NCBI GenBank assembly: GCA_963826715.1
Contig: CAWGYA010000008.1
Location: 1,120,001-1,184,000 of the forward strand
DNA length: 64,000 bases
DNA from: Candidatus Bathyarchaeota archaeon
GTDB taxonomy: Archaea; Thermoproteota; Bathyarchaeia; Bathyarchaeales; Bathycorpusculaceae
Direction of reading: 5' to 3'
The translations under genes were made by a program, and so were the position numbers. The notes under the pieces are model-generated. The model was not told the origin of the DNA and made no database searches. It was given only the letters and a program-made list of their open reading frames with translations. This document shows, piece by piece, positions 1 to 12,357 of the stretch (position 1 is the stretch's first letter; each line of letters begins with the position of its first letter).

Positions 1-2395
<2,395 letters not shown>

Positions 2396-2738
2396 AGTCA
2401 ATGTAGTGTCTGAGCGATATTTAGATGAGACACATATTGTTTCGAAGCGGTGTGAAGTGTCGATATGTTTGGTATATGCATGGCTAACTGTTTGTTTTGT
2501 TTTTGCGTAAAATCTTTACAATAAGTTTCCAGTTATTGTGTTATCAATTAAGTACAACGAAACGTTTCTCAACGGGGATTAGACTACCAACTGCATTCTA
2601 CTTCGGATATGAGTTACTTTATACAAATTTTACCCAATCCTATTGCGGGCAATATAATTACTCATGTTTTGCAGACAATTTTGAAGTAACTTCTTTTTTA
2701 AACTTCATCTTTTTAGATTAGAGTTTAATGAATTTTAC

Positions 2739-3689
2739 TTATTCCTTTTTAATGTGGACCTGCGGGAACTCAGTTATGTTTATGGTAGAGGACGCAATCT
2801 TTATGTTTTCAGATTTTTCGATTTCCTCAAGGACCAGTCGGCTTAAGTGATCATGCATAGCCCGTCGTGTCCTAACTTCAGTTACATACCTGATTGGAAA
2901 TGTAATCCAGTTATCAGTTAATGCGATATATATGGCAGGTTCAAGTGATCGTTGAGTGAAATAGTATTTTCCCTCAATGCGCTCCATGGTTTTCTTTGAG
3001 TTTTCAGCCACAGGCGCGGTTTCTTTTCTAACAATGCTGAGGATTTTGTCTGCTGCATTTTTCCAATCGCTGCCGTAGGTTATGGGCAAGGTGAGTTCAT
3101 CCCACATGAAATCAAAGTCTTTAGTGTAGTTTTTAACAGTTCCAGTTAGGATGCCTCCATTAGGCACTGTGGTTAATCTGCCTGTGGCTTGATCGCCGCC
3201 AACCCAACCACGTGTCTCCATCAAGGTTGTATAGAAAATACTAATATCAATTACATCACCGAACAACTGATCGATTTGTACTCGGTCACCAACACGATAG
3301 ATGCCATTTACAAATATTATAACACCACCCATGAAATTCTTAAAAATATCTTGGAGGGCAAAGGCTATTGCGGCCCCAAGCAAACCTATGGTGATTAGGA
3401 TGTTTTGGGTTTCCACAATCCAAATGCTTATTGTAATAATAATGAAAATAGCTATGCTTAGGCCTGAAATGACTTTTCGAAGTGAATATCGTGTTTTAGC
3501 GTCTCTGATTCTGTTACTGATAAGGTCTTCAAACAGAACTTCGAAAATGAAATACACAACCGTTAAAGCGACAGCGGTGTATCCTGATTTTTCCATGTAC
3601 GTACTCGGATATTTGAAGCTGACTGCCCAAACTATTACGCTTACAAAAATTAGGCAAACTAAAACAGCAAGTCTGGATCGTCTAATCAA
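2739..3689 (-). CDS. mscS: Small-conductance mechanosensitive channel (MscS family)
   Basis: TM helices followed by AIAFALQDIFKNFMGG..YRVGDRVQID..GDVIDISIFYT and TVPNG MscS signatures. Confidence 0.92.
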   Translation of the reverse strand: MIRRSRLAVLVCLIFVSVIVWAVSFKYPSTYMEKSGYTAVALTVVYFIFEVLFEDLISNRIRDAKTRYSLRKVISGLSIAIFIIITISIWIVETQNILITIGLLGAAIAFALQDIFKNFMGGVIIFVNGIYRVGDRVQIDQLFGDVIDISIFYTTLMETRGWVGGDQATGRLTTVPNGGILTGTVKNYTKDFDFMWDELTLPITYGSDWKNAADKILSIVRKETAPVAENSKKTMERIEGKYYFTQRSLEPAIYIALTDNWITFPIRYVTEVRTRRAMHDHLSRLVLEEIEKSENIKIASSTINITEFPQVHIKKE

Positions 3690-4047
3690 CTTAATTCACT
3701 ACTACATAAACGGTGATAGAAGTATTTGATTTTTTTCGGTTTTTTAACTTTAAAGCGCCCATAAATATAATCCGCAAGGAGTTCACAATTACGCCTACTT
3801 GTTATAGAGATAAACAAGAATTAAGTAGTTAAAAAAGGTCGATGTTGAGTGATTTTATAGAGGGTGACTATGTTTAATTCACCTGAATCATTGGAAAAAA
3901 TTGTAGTGCGGAGGACTAATGTCAGGTGTGCTGGGTTATTGATGGTTATTTTAGGATTATTTTACATTGATTCTTTTGGAAACAATAGTTTGTGTTTAAT
4001 CTCAATATAGTCGTCTTAGCATCAAATTCATTGTCTCTTGTAGCTTA

Positions 4048-4590
4048 CTATAGGGGAATTTCCCAGTAACTGATAATGTCACCTTTTACCCATCTGCCGC
4101 CTATGCCTCGAACAACCTCATTAATGTCATCCCACTCGGTCTTAAGGAAAACTACAGGTTTTACAATCACGCAATCGTCTGTTACTGTGAAACTCAGTAG
4201 TTTACGCTGGTCTGGGCTGAATTCGTTTTCCATTTTAGCAGCATAACGGCTTGCTGGCGGCTGCGCTGCCTTTGCGACGGCGGGGCTGCTTTCAGGCTTT
4301 AGATCTACTATTTTTGGCTCCAAGGTTTTGACTGTCACGGTAGTTAGTGGAGGCTTCTCTTTTGTTTCTAAAACGAAGGGAACTGAGTTTATTTCTGGAG
4401 TCGGTGTTGTATCGGAGGTATTCTCGAATTTGCTGCTTTGAAGCAACAGAATGACCTGTTTTGAAAGTAAATCTACTTTGGCTTCTAAAAGTTCGGTGTC
4501 GTTTGGTAGGTTTGCTGTAACTTGATCTGCTTTGCCTTGTAGGATCTCGACGAGTTGTTGTGGGGTAATTTTTAGAATTTTAGTTTTCAT
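4048..4590 (-). CDS. Hypothetical protein, two small domains joined by a Pro/Thr linker
   Basis: 180-aa ORF with ATG start and protein-like composition; no family recognised. Confidence 0.7.
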   Translation of the reverse strand: MKTKILKITPQQLVEILQGKADQVTANLPNDTELLEAKVDLLSKQVILLLQSSKFENTSDTTPTPEINSVPFVLETKEKPPLTTVTVKTLEPKIVDLKPESSPAVAKAAQPPASRYAAKMENEFSPDQRKLLSFTVTDDCVIVKPVVFLKTEWDDINEVVRGIGGRWVKGDIISYWEIPL

Positions 4591-4681
4591 GTGTCTTGCG
4601 CCAAGTTGGTTTTAGGAGTGGTTTAACTTAAAAGTATTGGACATGATTAAGGCAAAAAAGAGAATGAAAGGTGGTGGAGGC

Positions 4682-5266
4682 TTAATTTTTGTTTTTGCTG
4701 CGCCACTCCGAAAAGTTGCCGGTGTACATGCCCCATGTCCGCAGCTTCGGAGAAATTGCACGTATAAGTGCTGGGCATGTTATCAGAACTATGGGTAAGT
4801 TGATGAAGAACGTTGGAATTAGTACTGTGAAGGCTTCAGCTGTGGTAAATAGCTGTGGCAGAACTGTATACTGCAGTAGTATGTAGCTTGTGCCCGCTAG
4901 CAGGCTTACTGCAAGTGTAGCCAGCATGAGTGCTATTTTTCGTTTGTTTCCGTCTTCTGCAGCTCTTCTTGGAATAAGAACCCAGTTGATGAGGTAAATC
5001 AGTAGAGCTACGACTGACTCAAAGATTCCTAGTAACCCTAGTCCCTCAACGAAGGCTCCTCCTATGAAACCTCCGATCATTGCGCCAACTAATCCGCTCC
5101 AGCCAAACCAGACTGGAAATACTCCTAGGAGGATTATTGGCAGGTAGAGAAGGGTAAAGTTTGGTAGGGTTATGGAGTAGGAGAGGAAGAAGAATATTGT
5201 ATAGAGTGCAGCTGTTATAGCAATTATTGAGGCGCGTTTGGCGCTGCTCTGTTTTTGAGTTTTCAT
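4682..5266 (-). CDS. Integral membrane protein, ECF S-component/QueT-like
   Basis: About 6 TM segments; AIIAITAALY..; FG..GLVGAMIG pattern; likely start MKTQKQ at 5266. Confidence 0.6.
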   Translation of the reverse strand: MKTQKQSSAKRASIIAITAALYTIFFFLSYSITLPNFTLLYLPIILLGVFPVWFGWSGLVGAMIGGFIGGAFVEGLGLLGIFESVVALLIYLINWVLIPRRAAEDGNKRKIALMLATLAVSLLAGTSYILLQYTVLPQLFTTAEAFTVLIPTFFINLPIVLITCPALIRAISPKLRTWGMYTGNFSEWRSKNKN

Positions 5267-5326
5267 ATAGTTACAATCCTTGCTTTTAGGGGGTTTGATT
5301 GGTTGTTTGCATAAAAGTATTTCCAC

Positions 5327-5348
5327 TTGTATTACAATGGTAATACAA
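5327..5348. promoter_or_regulatory. Inverted repeat, putative operator
   Basis: TTGTATTAC-AATG-GTAATACAA: perfect 9-bp arms between divergent genes. Confidence 0.45.
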
Positions 5349-5499
5349 TGTTATTGAATTTCAGCACATGAAATCAAATATTATAGCTGCGAACGAATTC
5401 ACGGTTAATTGGCTTGGGTTAACTGAAAAAAGATCAAATCCAAATCCAAAGCTTTCCGATTCCCTGGTGGATCATGTAGAATTATATCTATTAGATTAG

Positions 5500-6591
5500 A
5501 TGATTTCGATTTCTAAATTAACGTTTAAAGTTTTGAAGTGGTTGAGTAAGGTTACCACTCGCTTTAAAGCCATTCTGAATGTGCCAGTAACAAAGAAGTA
5601 TAAAAGATTCAATTCACCCTCTACTGTCGACTTATCTACCTCAAATCTGGTGACAATGACAAAAAAGCAATGTGAAACCAAAATTCTGCTAATTTTCTTT
5701 GTCATTATCCTACTATCAATGAATGCATACACTGCCATTGTAGCATACCCCGAAACTCACACTCTGACGTCCGGCATCAACACTCAAGGTAGTATCTTAG
5801 CCAAAGATTTTTCAGCCTACTATGTGGCTTCATGGAGACTCTGGAACAACCCCGCTCACATCTATACTTTCGGTGCTCTGGGTGGTGCAGAACCGCTAAC
5901 TCCTCCTCATCCAGAAGCCTACAAGTACCTTCCTAACTTCCTTTTAATAACCACCCCATTTCTTGCCTTGGACTATCAGCAGGCGTTGTGGGTATTTGAC
6001 ATAGTGCAGTTCATGCTTCTTCCACTTATGGGGTATTTAATCTATAGGCTTCTCGAAGGGAAACATTGGGCGGCAACTCTTTCAGTTTTAGCCATCGCGT
6101 TGTTATTGCCGTTTCCAAATGCAGAAGGTAGCTTTTCGCTGAGTTACTATTGGCAATGGGGTGAGGGGCAAGCCAAAGTATTCTTAACTTTTCTGTTTCT
6201 TCTCAGCTTCTACTTAGGCAGCAAAAACAAGCCCCTTCTGTCTGGAATTGTGTTTGCGTTTGGTTTTTTTGACCCCCGATTTGGTATACTGGCGATTCCA
6301 CTGTTCGTTATGTATAATCGAAGAAATCTAAAAACTGCTGCTGTGTCTGTAGTAACTGCTTTGTGTCTGTCAAACTTTATGCTGCTATACCCTGGTATGG
6401 GTTTGGGATTCTTAGGAATGGTTTTTGGGTCGGGGATAACGACTCCGTTGTATTATTATTCATTGATACCGTTGTTTACACTGTTATCGCTTATGGTTGT
6501 GAATTTTAAAGAATTAGTTGCCGTATTCGATTATAAAGGAATTTTTGTCGGTTATTCAGGAACTAAAAAGAAAGAAAGAAAATTGGTTTAG
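5500..6591 (+). CDS. Glycosyltransferase family 87 (GT-C)-like membrane protein
   Basis: KDFSAYYVAS, YKYLPNF and GQAK motifs, multiple TMs; real start may be 5656. Confidence 0.75.
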   Translation: MISISKLTFKVLKWLSKVTTRFKAILNVPVTKKYKRFNSPSTVDLSTSNLVTMTKKQCETKILLIFFVIILLSMNAYTAIVAYPETHTLTSGINTQGSILAKDFSAYYVASWRLWNNPAHIYTFGALGGAEPLTPPHPEAYKYLPNFLLITTPFLALDYQQALWVFDIVQFMLLPLMGYLIYRLLEGKHWAATLSVLAIALLLPFPNAEGSFSLSYYWQWGEGQAKVFLTFLFLLSFYLGSKNKPLLSGIVFAFGFFDPRFGILAIPLFVMYNRRNLKTAAVSVVTALCLSNFMLLYPGMGLGFLGMVFGSGITTPLYYYSLIPLFTLLSLMVVNFKELVAVFDYKGIFVGYSGTKKKERKLV

Positions 6592-6599
6592 ACATCTGA

Positions 6600-9500
6600 T
6601 TACGTCGGTGTTTTTCTTCGTTTTAGTAGAAAAGTCACAATCGCCAAGGCTATGCAAACAATTACTACTGCTATTGCCGAAATTGTGAGGGTAGAGGAAT
6701 CTATTGTTGTTGACTTTTCGCCACTTGAGAAAACCACTGACAGGCTGTGGATGCTAAAATGTATCGTAAACCAAACGTAGTAGTTGTTTCCATCTTGGGT
6801 GAAACCTTGATTTTCTGCGATTTCATTGTCTATAAAGACGGTGGGTTTTGTTCCAAAGTGTATCTCGTTTTTAGTTACGGTTATGTTTCCAAAACCAAAT
6901 GTTCCGTTTTCCCCTGTTACTGTGAAAGAGAGTGTTGTTATTTTCGCAGTTTGGTCTACTTGGATTTTAGCGTTGGAGATTTGTTTTGTGGTTATGTTTC
7001 CGCTGACAGTAAAAAGTTCGGTTGAGCCATCAAAAACTGTTATTGGTCCTTTGGTTGCGGAGGGTGTTGGAGTGGATGTGGGCTTTGGTGTTGGGGTTGA
7101 TGTCTGTGAAGTCGTGGGGTTTGTTGTTGAGCTAGTTGAAGGTGAAATAGATTCTGATGGCTGGGCTAGGACAATTATTGATGTCGTTGTTGAGGCTGTG
7201 TTTCCGGCTACGTCTTTTACAGTTAATAATGTTATGTATGTTCCAATGCTGGAGTATGTGTGGTTTGTTGTCACTCCTGTGGCAGTTGTGCCGTCGTCAA
7301 AGTCCCAGTGATAACTTGCTATGCCTGAGTTGTCGGTGCTATTACTTCCGTTTAAAACGACACTGTTTCCCAGGGTGATGGTTTGGCTGGAACCCGCATC
7401 CGGGGTTGGAGTTGTCATGTCAAGCACTATAGAAGCATCGTAAATTGAAGTTAATCCCGCATTGTCTCTGAATTGGACATAGACAACTTTTATAGCATCA
7501 TTATTTGGGAGTTGCCAAGTTTTAGAAATTGAAAAATTTTGCCAATCAGACCAAGTAACATTGTCATTGGAAAAACGCATTGTTGCTGCATTGGAGTTAT
7601 TGTCAGAGAGTGACAATGTCAGGTTAACTGTAGTATTATTGATGTATTGGGCACTGTTTTCGATTGTGATTGAGCCTGATGGGGGCGTAGTGTCAAGGAT
7701 TATGTTGGAAGTTGCAGTGAAAATAAGTCCAGCATTGTCCTTGATTTGGTAGTAAACTGTTTTTGATCCATCGCCTGTACTTAATGTCCATGTTCTGCTA
7801 TCTTTCGGCGTCTCCCATTGGGTGTTATCCCAGACGCCATTATTGCTGAATCTTACTTGATTTATTCCCGACGTCGCATCTGTGGCTGTTAATGATAAAG
7901 TGACCAAAGCAGAGCTAGTATATGTTGCTTCATTATTAATTTGGACAGATCCTGATGGCGGTGAGGTATCAAGAGTTATTGTGCTTGAGTATGTAATTGA
8001 TTGTAAACCTGCAGCATCTTTTACTTGATAATAAACTGTTTTCAATCCATCTCCAATAGTTAGAGACCAAGCTTTTGTGTCGAACGGGTTTTCCCATGGT
8101 TCTGTATCCCATACGCCATCATTGCTAAAGCGGACCTTATCAATGCCTGATGTTTGGTCGGTGAAGGTTAAAAATAATGTTACAAAAACTGATGTAGTGT
8201 AAGCACTTGTTTGGCTTATTGAAATTGAACCGAAGGGTTGGATTGTGTCTATTTGGAAGGTGAAACTTCCGTATGTGCTGTTGTTTGCTGCGTTGTCTTT
8301 GGATTTTACATAGAAGATGTGGGTTCCATCGGTTTGGGGTGTTAATATGACAGATTTCGTTGTGGTCCAGGTTTCTGGTCCATTATCTACTCGCCAGTAG
8401 TATCCTGCTACGCCACTTTTAGAGTCATTTGCTGACCAATTGAATGTGGGCGTATTATTTGTTAACCACCCAGTGAATCCATCGTCCGGATTAGGAATTG
8501 TAGGCGGGGTTAGGTCAAGGATGAAGGTCCAAGTTGGTGACCAATCGCTCCAGCCATTGATATTGTATGCTCTTACGTGCCATGTATAAGTGCCCTCAGT
8601 AAGGAACGTTAGCTGAAAAGAGGTGCTTGTTGTATTGTAAATCCCTGGTGAGGGTCCAGAAATTTCGATTTGATAGCTTGTGGCATCTGTAGAGTTGCTC
8701 CATCTGAACAAGGCGTTATTGCTTGCATTTACATAGTTGTTGGTCGGGGTTATTTGCGTTGGGGCAGAAGGAGCAGGTATATAGTTGTAATACAGGGTAT
8801 AATTACCCGTGCTTATGTTCAAAAGATTTTTTACTCTTAAATAGTAATATCCGCTTTCTAGTATCTGAAAATTAATACGGAATTGAAAGTTGCCTCCTAA
8901 ATCGTCATCATAGGTTAACAATTTTTGGTCAGAATCATATAGATAACCGTACGTATCCATTGAGCTATTTGTGTAGAATGTATAAGTGCCTGGGCTTGCG
9001 TAGAAACGGATATAGTCGTTGTCACCTGCAGGTTCTATGCTTCTCAACTGATGCTGCAAAGAAGTGGTCACTGTCATTGAACTGAATTGAGAGAAACTAT
9101 CATCAGGTTCGTAATTATCACCAATATTTAGTGTTATTGTGGAGTAGTGGTTTTTTCCTTCGCCTGTACCGTTAATGATAAATGTATAGTTTCCATGAGG
9201 CGCGATTGGGCTTGATTGAACGGTGAATGTAGAAGTGAACGTGGGGTTACCAGACTGCTGATTGAAAATAAATGAGAAATCAGAGGTTACATTTGTGCAT
9301 GATAACGAGACAAGTGTGGATGTTCCGCTAGTCAATGTCGATGTAATATTGTAAGTTGCTGAACCCTCTGGTGCTATTGTTTGAGAGTTGGGTGACGCAG
9401 AGAGCTGAAAGTCGAATTCAGTGCTTGATGACAAAATTTGGAGCTGATCTGTCCGCCATCCACTTGAAGCCAGTAGAGTACCATAACCAGGTGGTCCCAT

Positions 9501-11408
9501 CCAAACATTCCATGATACATCATAAGATCCTGGAGCTATAGTTGGGCTTGTAGCAAATTGTCTGTTTAGTGTATTGTCTCCGCCAAGAACTTTAACATAG
9601 ATGTCATTTGAGGTATCATTTATTTCATTGATTGTTCCGTGGAGGCGGATGGATGTACCTAGACCTATCTGAATTAGGGAATAACTGCTTGGATTGTTGA
9701 TGCTATAGTTTGTTGTTAATGTGGAACCACGTACAACACTTGAAGAATCTAAAAGAGGGTTCGTCAGCGAGATATCGCTATTTACACCAAAAAAGCTGGC
9801 AAAGTTGTGAAAATTAATTGACCCTAGACCAGTTACGGCATCCCAACCGGTTTGGACAGAGTAGTATCCATTGTTTCCATATCTATAGACGTCATGGAAG
9901 GAGACATTGTACCTGTTTGTTCCGTAAATGCTGTAGAATGCGTTGTTATCTAAATTCCAATTTCCATCCAAAGCAACTGCTGCAATACCTGCCATCAAAG
10001 GCGCGGATAGACTTGTGCCACCCCAACCGGTCTGTCTATCGCCATCAATGTAAATCGTAACCCCTGAGGCGGGATCGGCGTCAAGACAAATGTCGGGGAT
10101 GGCCCGCATGCCTGAAGTATTGGGAATACCTGCATTTGCTTGAAATGCTGGTTCCAAAAATATGTTAGAGTAACCTCCACCGCTTCCGCTCCAACCATTT
10201 TCAAAGTATTGGTTAGTCCCTTGGACTGTGTTGCTATAAAGTGTGGTTCCTCCGACCGCGATTACGTTTGGGTCTGATGCAGGATACTGGACGCTAATGT
10301 TACTTCCACCATTATAGGCACCGCTATCGCCTGTTGAAACAAAAACTTTGATTCCTTTTGCTGCAGCAGCTGCTAGAATGTGGGAATAACTGTTTGTTTC
10401 TTCACCACCGAAGCTTAGGGAGATGATATCTGGTGGATTAGTTTGTTGGACAAGGGTATTGATAGCTTGAAAAAGGCTGCTATAGTAGTTGTCAGGTGCA
10501 AGTTGTAGTATTATTGCAGCCTCGGGAGCCATTGCATGAGCCCATTCAACATCCAATGCTGTTTCAGTAGCCCAGCCGCTGTCTGATCCCCCTGTTCCAT
10601 TAATTGTTAAAGATAAGGCTGGAAGTCCAAAAAGAGAATTAAAGGCGTTTACGTCCGACACTATTGTTGGGTCGCCGTATGCATCTACGATGCCAATTGT
10701 TTGCCCTGCTCCAGTCCATCCATTTCCTATGGCAGTAGATATACCGTAGGCGCTCCTGAATTCGCTTGGTGCCTTATTGTATGCAAGCCCGGCGGGTTCT
10801 GCGAAATCTGATACTTTTGTAAGGAAGGGTTGGGCTGGAAAACTATTAATGTCGATTCCTGCGATATTGCATGAATTTAATTTACTTGGTACTGCGATGG
10901 TTTGTGAACTTGAATAAAACGTAATGTTTTGGTAAGAGTATAAACCGATTTGGGTTTCAAATGCTGTTGCGACATCGTCAACGGTGCCAACTGCGTTTAT
11001 TAGCAATCGATTTTGGCTTGTCGCAGTGACATTTATGTTGTGGGCTGAAAGGTAAGACAAAACTTGGTCGTAGTCTGCTTGATGGGGTGAATATTCTGTT
11101 TCAAATTCTTCCTCTGTTAATACGTTTTGTACTCCATACGTTATCATGCGAGAGCTATCTATGAAGTTCTGCAGTTTGTCATCGTTGCGTGTGCTAAAAC
11201 CAATTGCGAATTTAATTGTGCCCTCCGTCATTTCTCCTAAACTGGTCGTTTTCGCTGAGTCAAATTCTGGGGTTCTGGTGATTGATGCCGCAGGTTGATT
11301 GCTTTTGCTTTCGGAGAGACCGCTACTATTCGGCATTAAAATTTGCGCAAACAAGATGCAAAGAAGTATAATAACAAGTATCTTGTTTGAAGCTATTACT
11401 TTACTCAA
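6600..11408 (-). CDS. Cell-surface S53 (sedolisin/kumamolisin) serine protease with prodomain, Ig-like/PPC/PKD repeats, Thr/Pro linker and C-terminal TM anchor
   Basis: Signal peptide; ETALDVEW (catalytic Glu/Asp), STGDSG, GGTSLSAP (Ser), WDAVTGLGS Ca-site; PKD-like YHWDFDDG. Confidence 0.93.
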   Translation of the reverse strand: MSKVIASNKILVIILLCILFAQILMPNSSGLSESKSNQPAASITRTPEFDSAKTTSLGEMTEGTIKFAIGFSTRNDDKLQNFIDSSRMITYGVQNVLTEEEFETEYSPHQADYDQVLSYLSAHNINVTATSQNRLLINAVGTVDDVATAFETQIGLYSYQNITFYSSSQTIAVPSKLNSCNIAGIDINSFPAQPFLTKVSDFAEPAGLAYNKAPSEFRSAYGISTAIGNGWTGAGQTIGIVDAYGDPTIVSDVNAFNSLFGLPALSLTINGTGGSDSGWATETALDVEWAHAMAPEAAIILQLAPDNYYSSLFQAINTLVQQTNPPDIISLSFGGEETNSYSHILAAAAAKGIKVFVSTGDSGAYNGGSNISVQYPASDPNVIAVGGTTLYSNTVQGTNQYFENGWSGSGGGYSNIFLEPAFQANAGIPNTSGMRAIPDICLDADPASGVTIYIDGDRQTGWGGTSLSAPLMAGIAAVALDGNWNLDNNAFYSIYGTNRYNVSFHDVYRYGNNGYYSVQTGWDAVTGLGSINFHNFASFFGVNSDISLTNPLLDSSSVVRGSTLTTNYSINNPSSYSLIQIGLGTSIRLHGTINEINDTSNDIYVKVLGGDNTLNRQFATSPTIAPGSYDVSWNVWMGPPGYGTLLASSGWRTDQLQILSSSTEFDFQLSASPNSQTIAPEGSATYNITSTLTSGTSTLVSLSCTNVTSDFSFIFNQQSGNPTFTSTFTVQSSPIAPHGNYTFIINGTGEGKNHYSTITLNIGDNYEPDDSFSQFSSMTVTTSLQHQLRSIEPAGDNDYIRFYASPGTYTFYTNSSMDTYGYLYDSDQKLLTYDDDLGGNFQFRINFQILESGYYYLRVKNLLNISTGNYTLYYNYIPAPSAPTQITPTNNYVNASNNALFRWSNSTDATSYQIEISGPSPGIYNTTSTSFQLTFLTEGTYTWHVRAYNINGWSDWSPTWTFILDLTPPTIPNPDDGFTGWLTNNTPTFNWSANDSKSGVAGYYWRVDNGPETWTTTKSVILTPQTDGTHIFYVKSKDNAANNSTYGSFTFQIDTIQPFGSISISQTSAYTTSVFVTLFLTFTDQTSGIDKVRFSNDGVWDTEPWENPFDTKAWSLTIGDGLKTVYYQVKDAAGLQSITYSSTITLDTSPPSGSVQINNEATYTSSALVTLSLTATDATSGINQVRFSNNGVWDNTQWETPKDSRTWTLSTGDGSKTVYYQIKDNAGLIFTATSNIILDTTPPSGSITIENSAQYINNTTVNLTLSLSDNNSNAATMRFSNDNVTWSDWQNFSISKTWQLPNNDAIKVVYVQFRDNAGLTSIYDASIVLDMTTPTPDAGSSQTITLGNSVVLNGSNSTDNSGIASYHWDFDDGTTATGVTTNHTYSSIGTYITLLTVKDVAGNTASTTTSIIVLAQPSESISPSTSSTTNPTTSQTSTPTPKPTSTPTPSATKGPITVFDGSTELFTVSGNITTKQISNAKIQVDQTAKITTLSFTVTGENGTFGFGNITVTKNEIHFGTKPTVFIDNEIAENQGFTQDGNNYYVWFTIHFSIHSLSVVFSSGEKSTTIDSSTLTISAIAVVIVCIALAIVTFLLKRRKTPT
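7425..8255 (-). repeat. Three tandem ~92-aa Ig-like modules within the S53 protease
   Basis: Repeated (I/L)DT.PP.GS..I....YT.S..V.L.L...D..SG....RFSN....W...W.L..GDG.KTVY.Q.KD.AGL; coordinates approximate. Confidence 0.85.
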
Positions 11409-11665
11409 TTTACTCTGTTCCTTTGCAAGCTAGCTTAAAGTTTACGCACTTAAGCTTTTTTGAAAATTATTGAAAAGCTAAAGAAATAGACTAAGAGGGA
11501 AATTATGAGTCTTTATACTCCTTTCCCCAAATTCTAATTAGAAGGAATAAGTGGCCCTGAGATGTCCCAGTCCTTTTTGCCGACTAATTATCAGCTTAAG
11601 AATTAAATATTAACGAATGGGGATACAGAAGCAGATACTCAAACATTCACCAGTGCCTTTTCTGG

Positions 11666-12163
11666 TTAAATGTGCTGGCTGATTAGTTTAGTGAGATCTA
11701 TGGCTGAGAGGTCGTAATTGCAGTGGGGACAGGTTTTTTGGATTTCCTGATTGGCTCCAACCTTAAGTGCGGAACCGCAGTGGCAGCAGAAATATGTTAG
11801 TGTTTGTCCTCTTTTTTGTAATTCTTCAATGAGTTCATTAATTGTCAATGGACATGAAGGTGTTTCCTTAATTTTTTTCCGCACATCTGCTTTCTCTTTT
11901 ACCTGTGCAACAACTGTTGGGTCAGTGCTGGTTGTGAAAAATTCGCATTTAGCGTTCTGTACATACGGTTCTTCTAGGTCGGTTCCAAAGAGTGTGCAGG
12001 AGCCCATATGGAAGAAGACACAGGCTAAACAACTGTTTTTTCGGTATTCGGCGTCGAGGGTTTTGTAGCATGAGGGACAAACTTCCACTGTTTTGCCATC
12101 TTTAACGCTGCTTAGGGGGATGCCTCGGTATGGTTGACTGCATACTTGACAGATAGACTTCAT
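11666..12163 (-). CDS. Cys-rich multi-zinc-finger hypothetical protein
   Basis: CQVC, CPSC, CLAC, CCHC and CPHC motifs in 165 aa. Confidence 0.75.
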   Translation of the reverse strand: MKSICQVCSQPYRGIPLSSVKDGKTVEVCPSCYKTLDAEYRKNSCLACVFFHMGSCTLFGTDLEEPYVQNAKCEFFTTSTDPTVVAQVKEKADVRKKIKETPSCPLTINELIEELQKRGQTLTYFCCHCGSALKVGANQEIQKTCPHCNYDLSAIDLTKLISQHI

Positions 12164-12357
12164 GATGTTCAGAATTGAAACGTTGCTGATTGCTTATTTG
12201 TGTTTTCCAAATAAAAACTCCATTTGCTGAATAAAGGAACGAACTAAAGTAACTTTAGTGGGTTCACTACTACTTTCATAATAGTTTCAGTGACTTGTAC
12301 TTAAGGCGCCTTAGTTTGACTAGGAAGTTAAACTTTGAATGAAGAACTTCCTTATGG

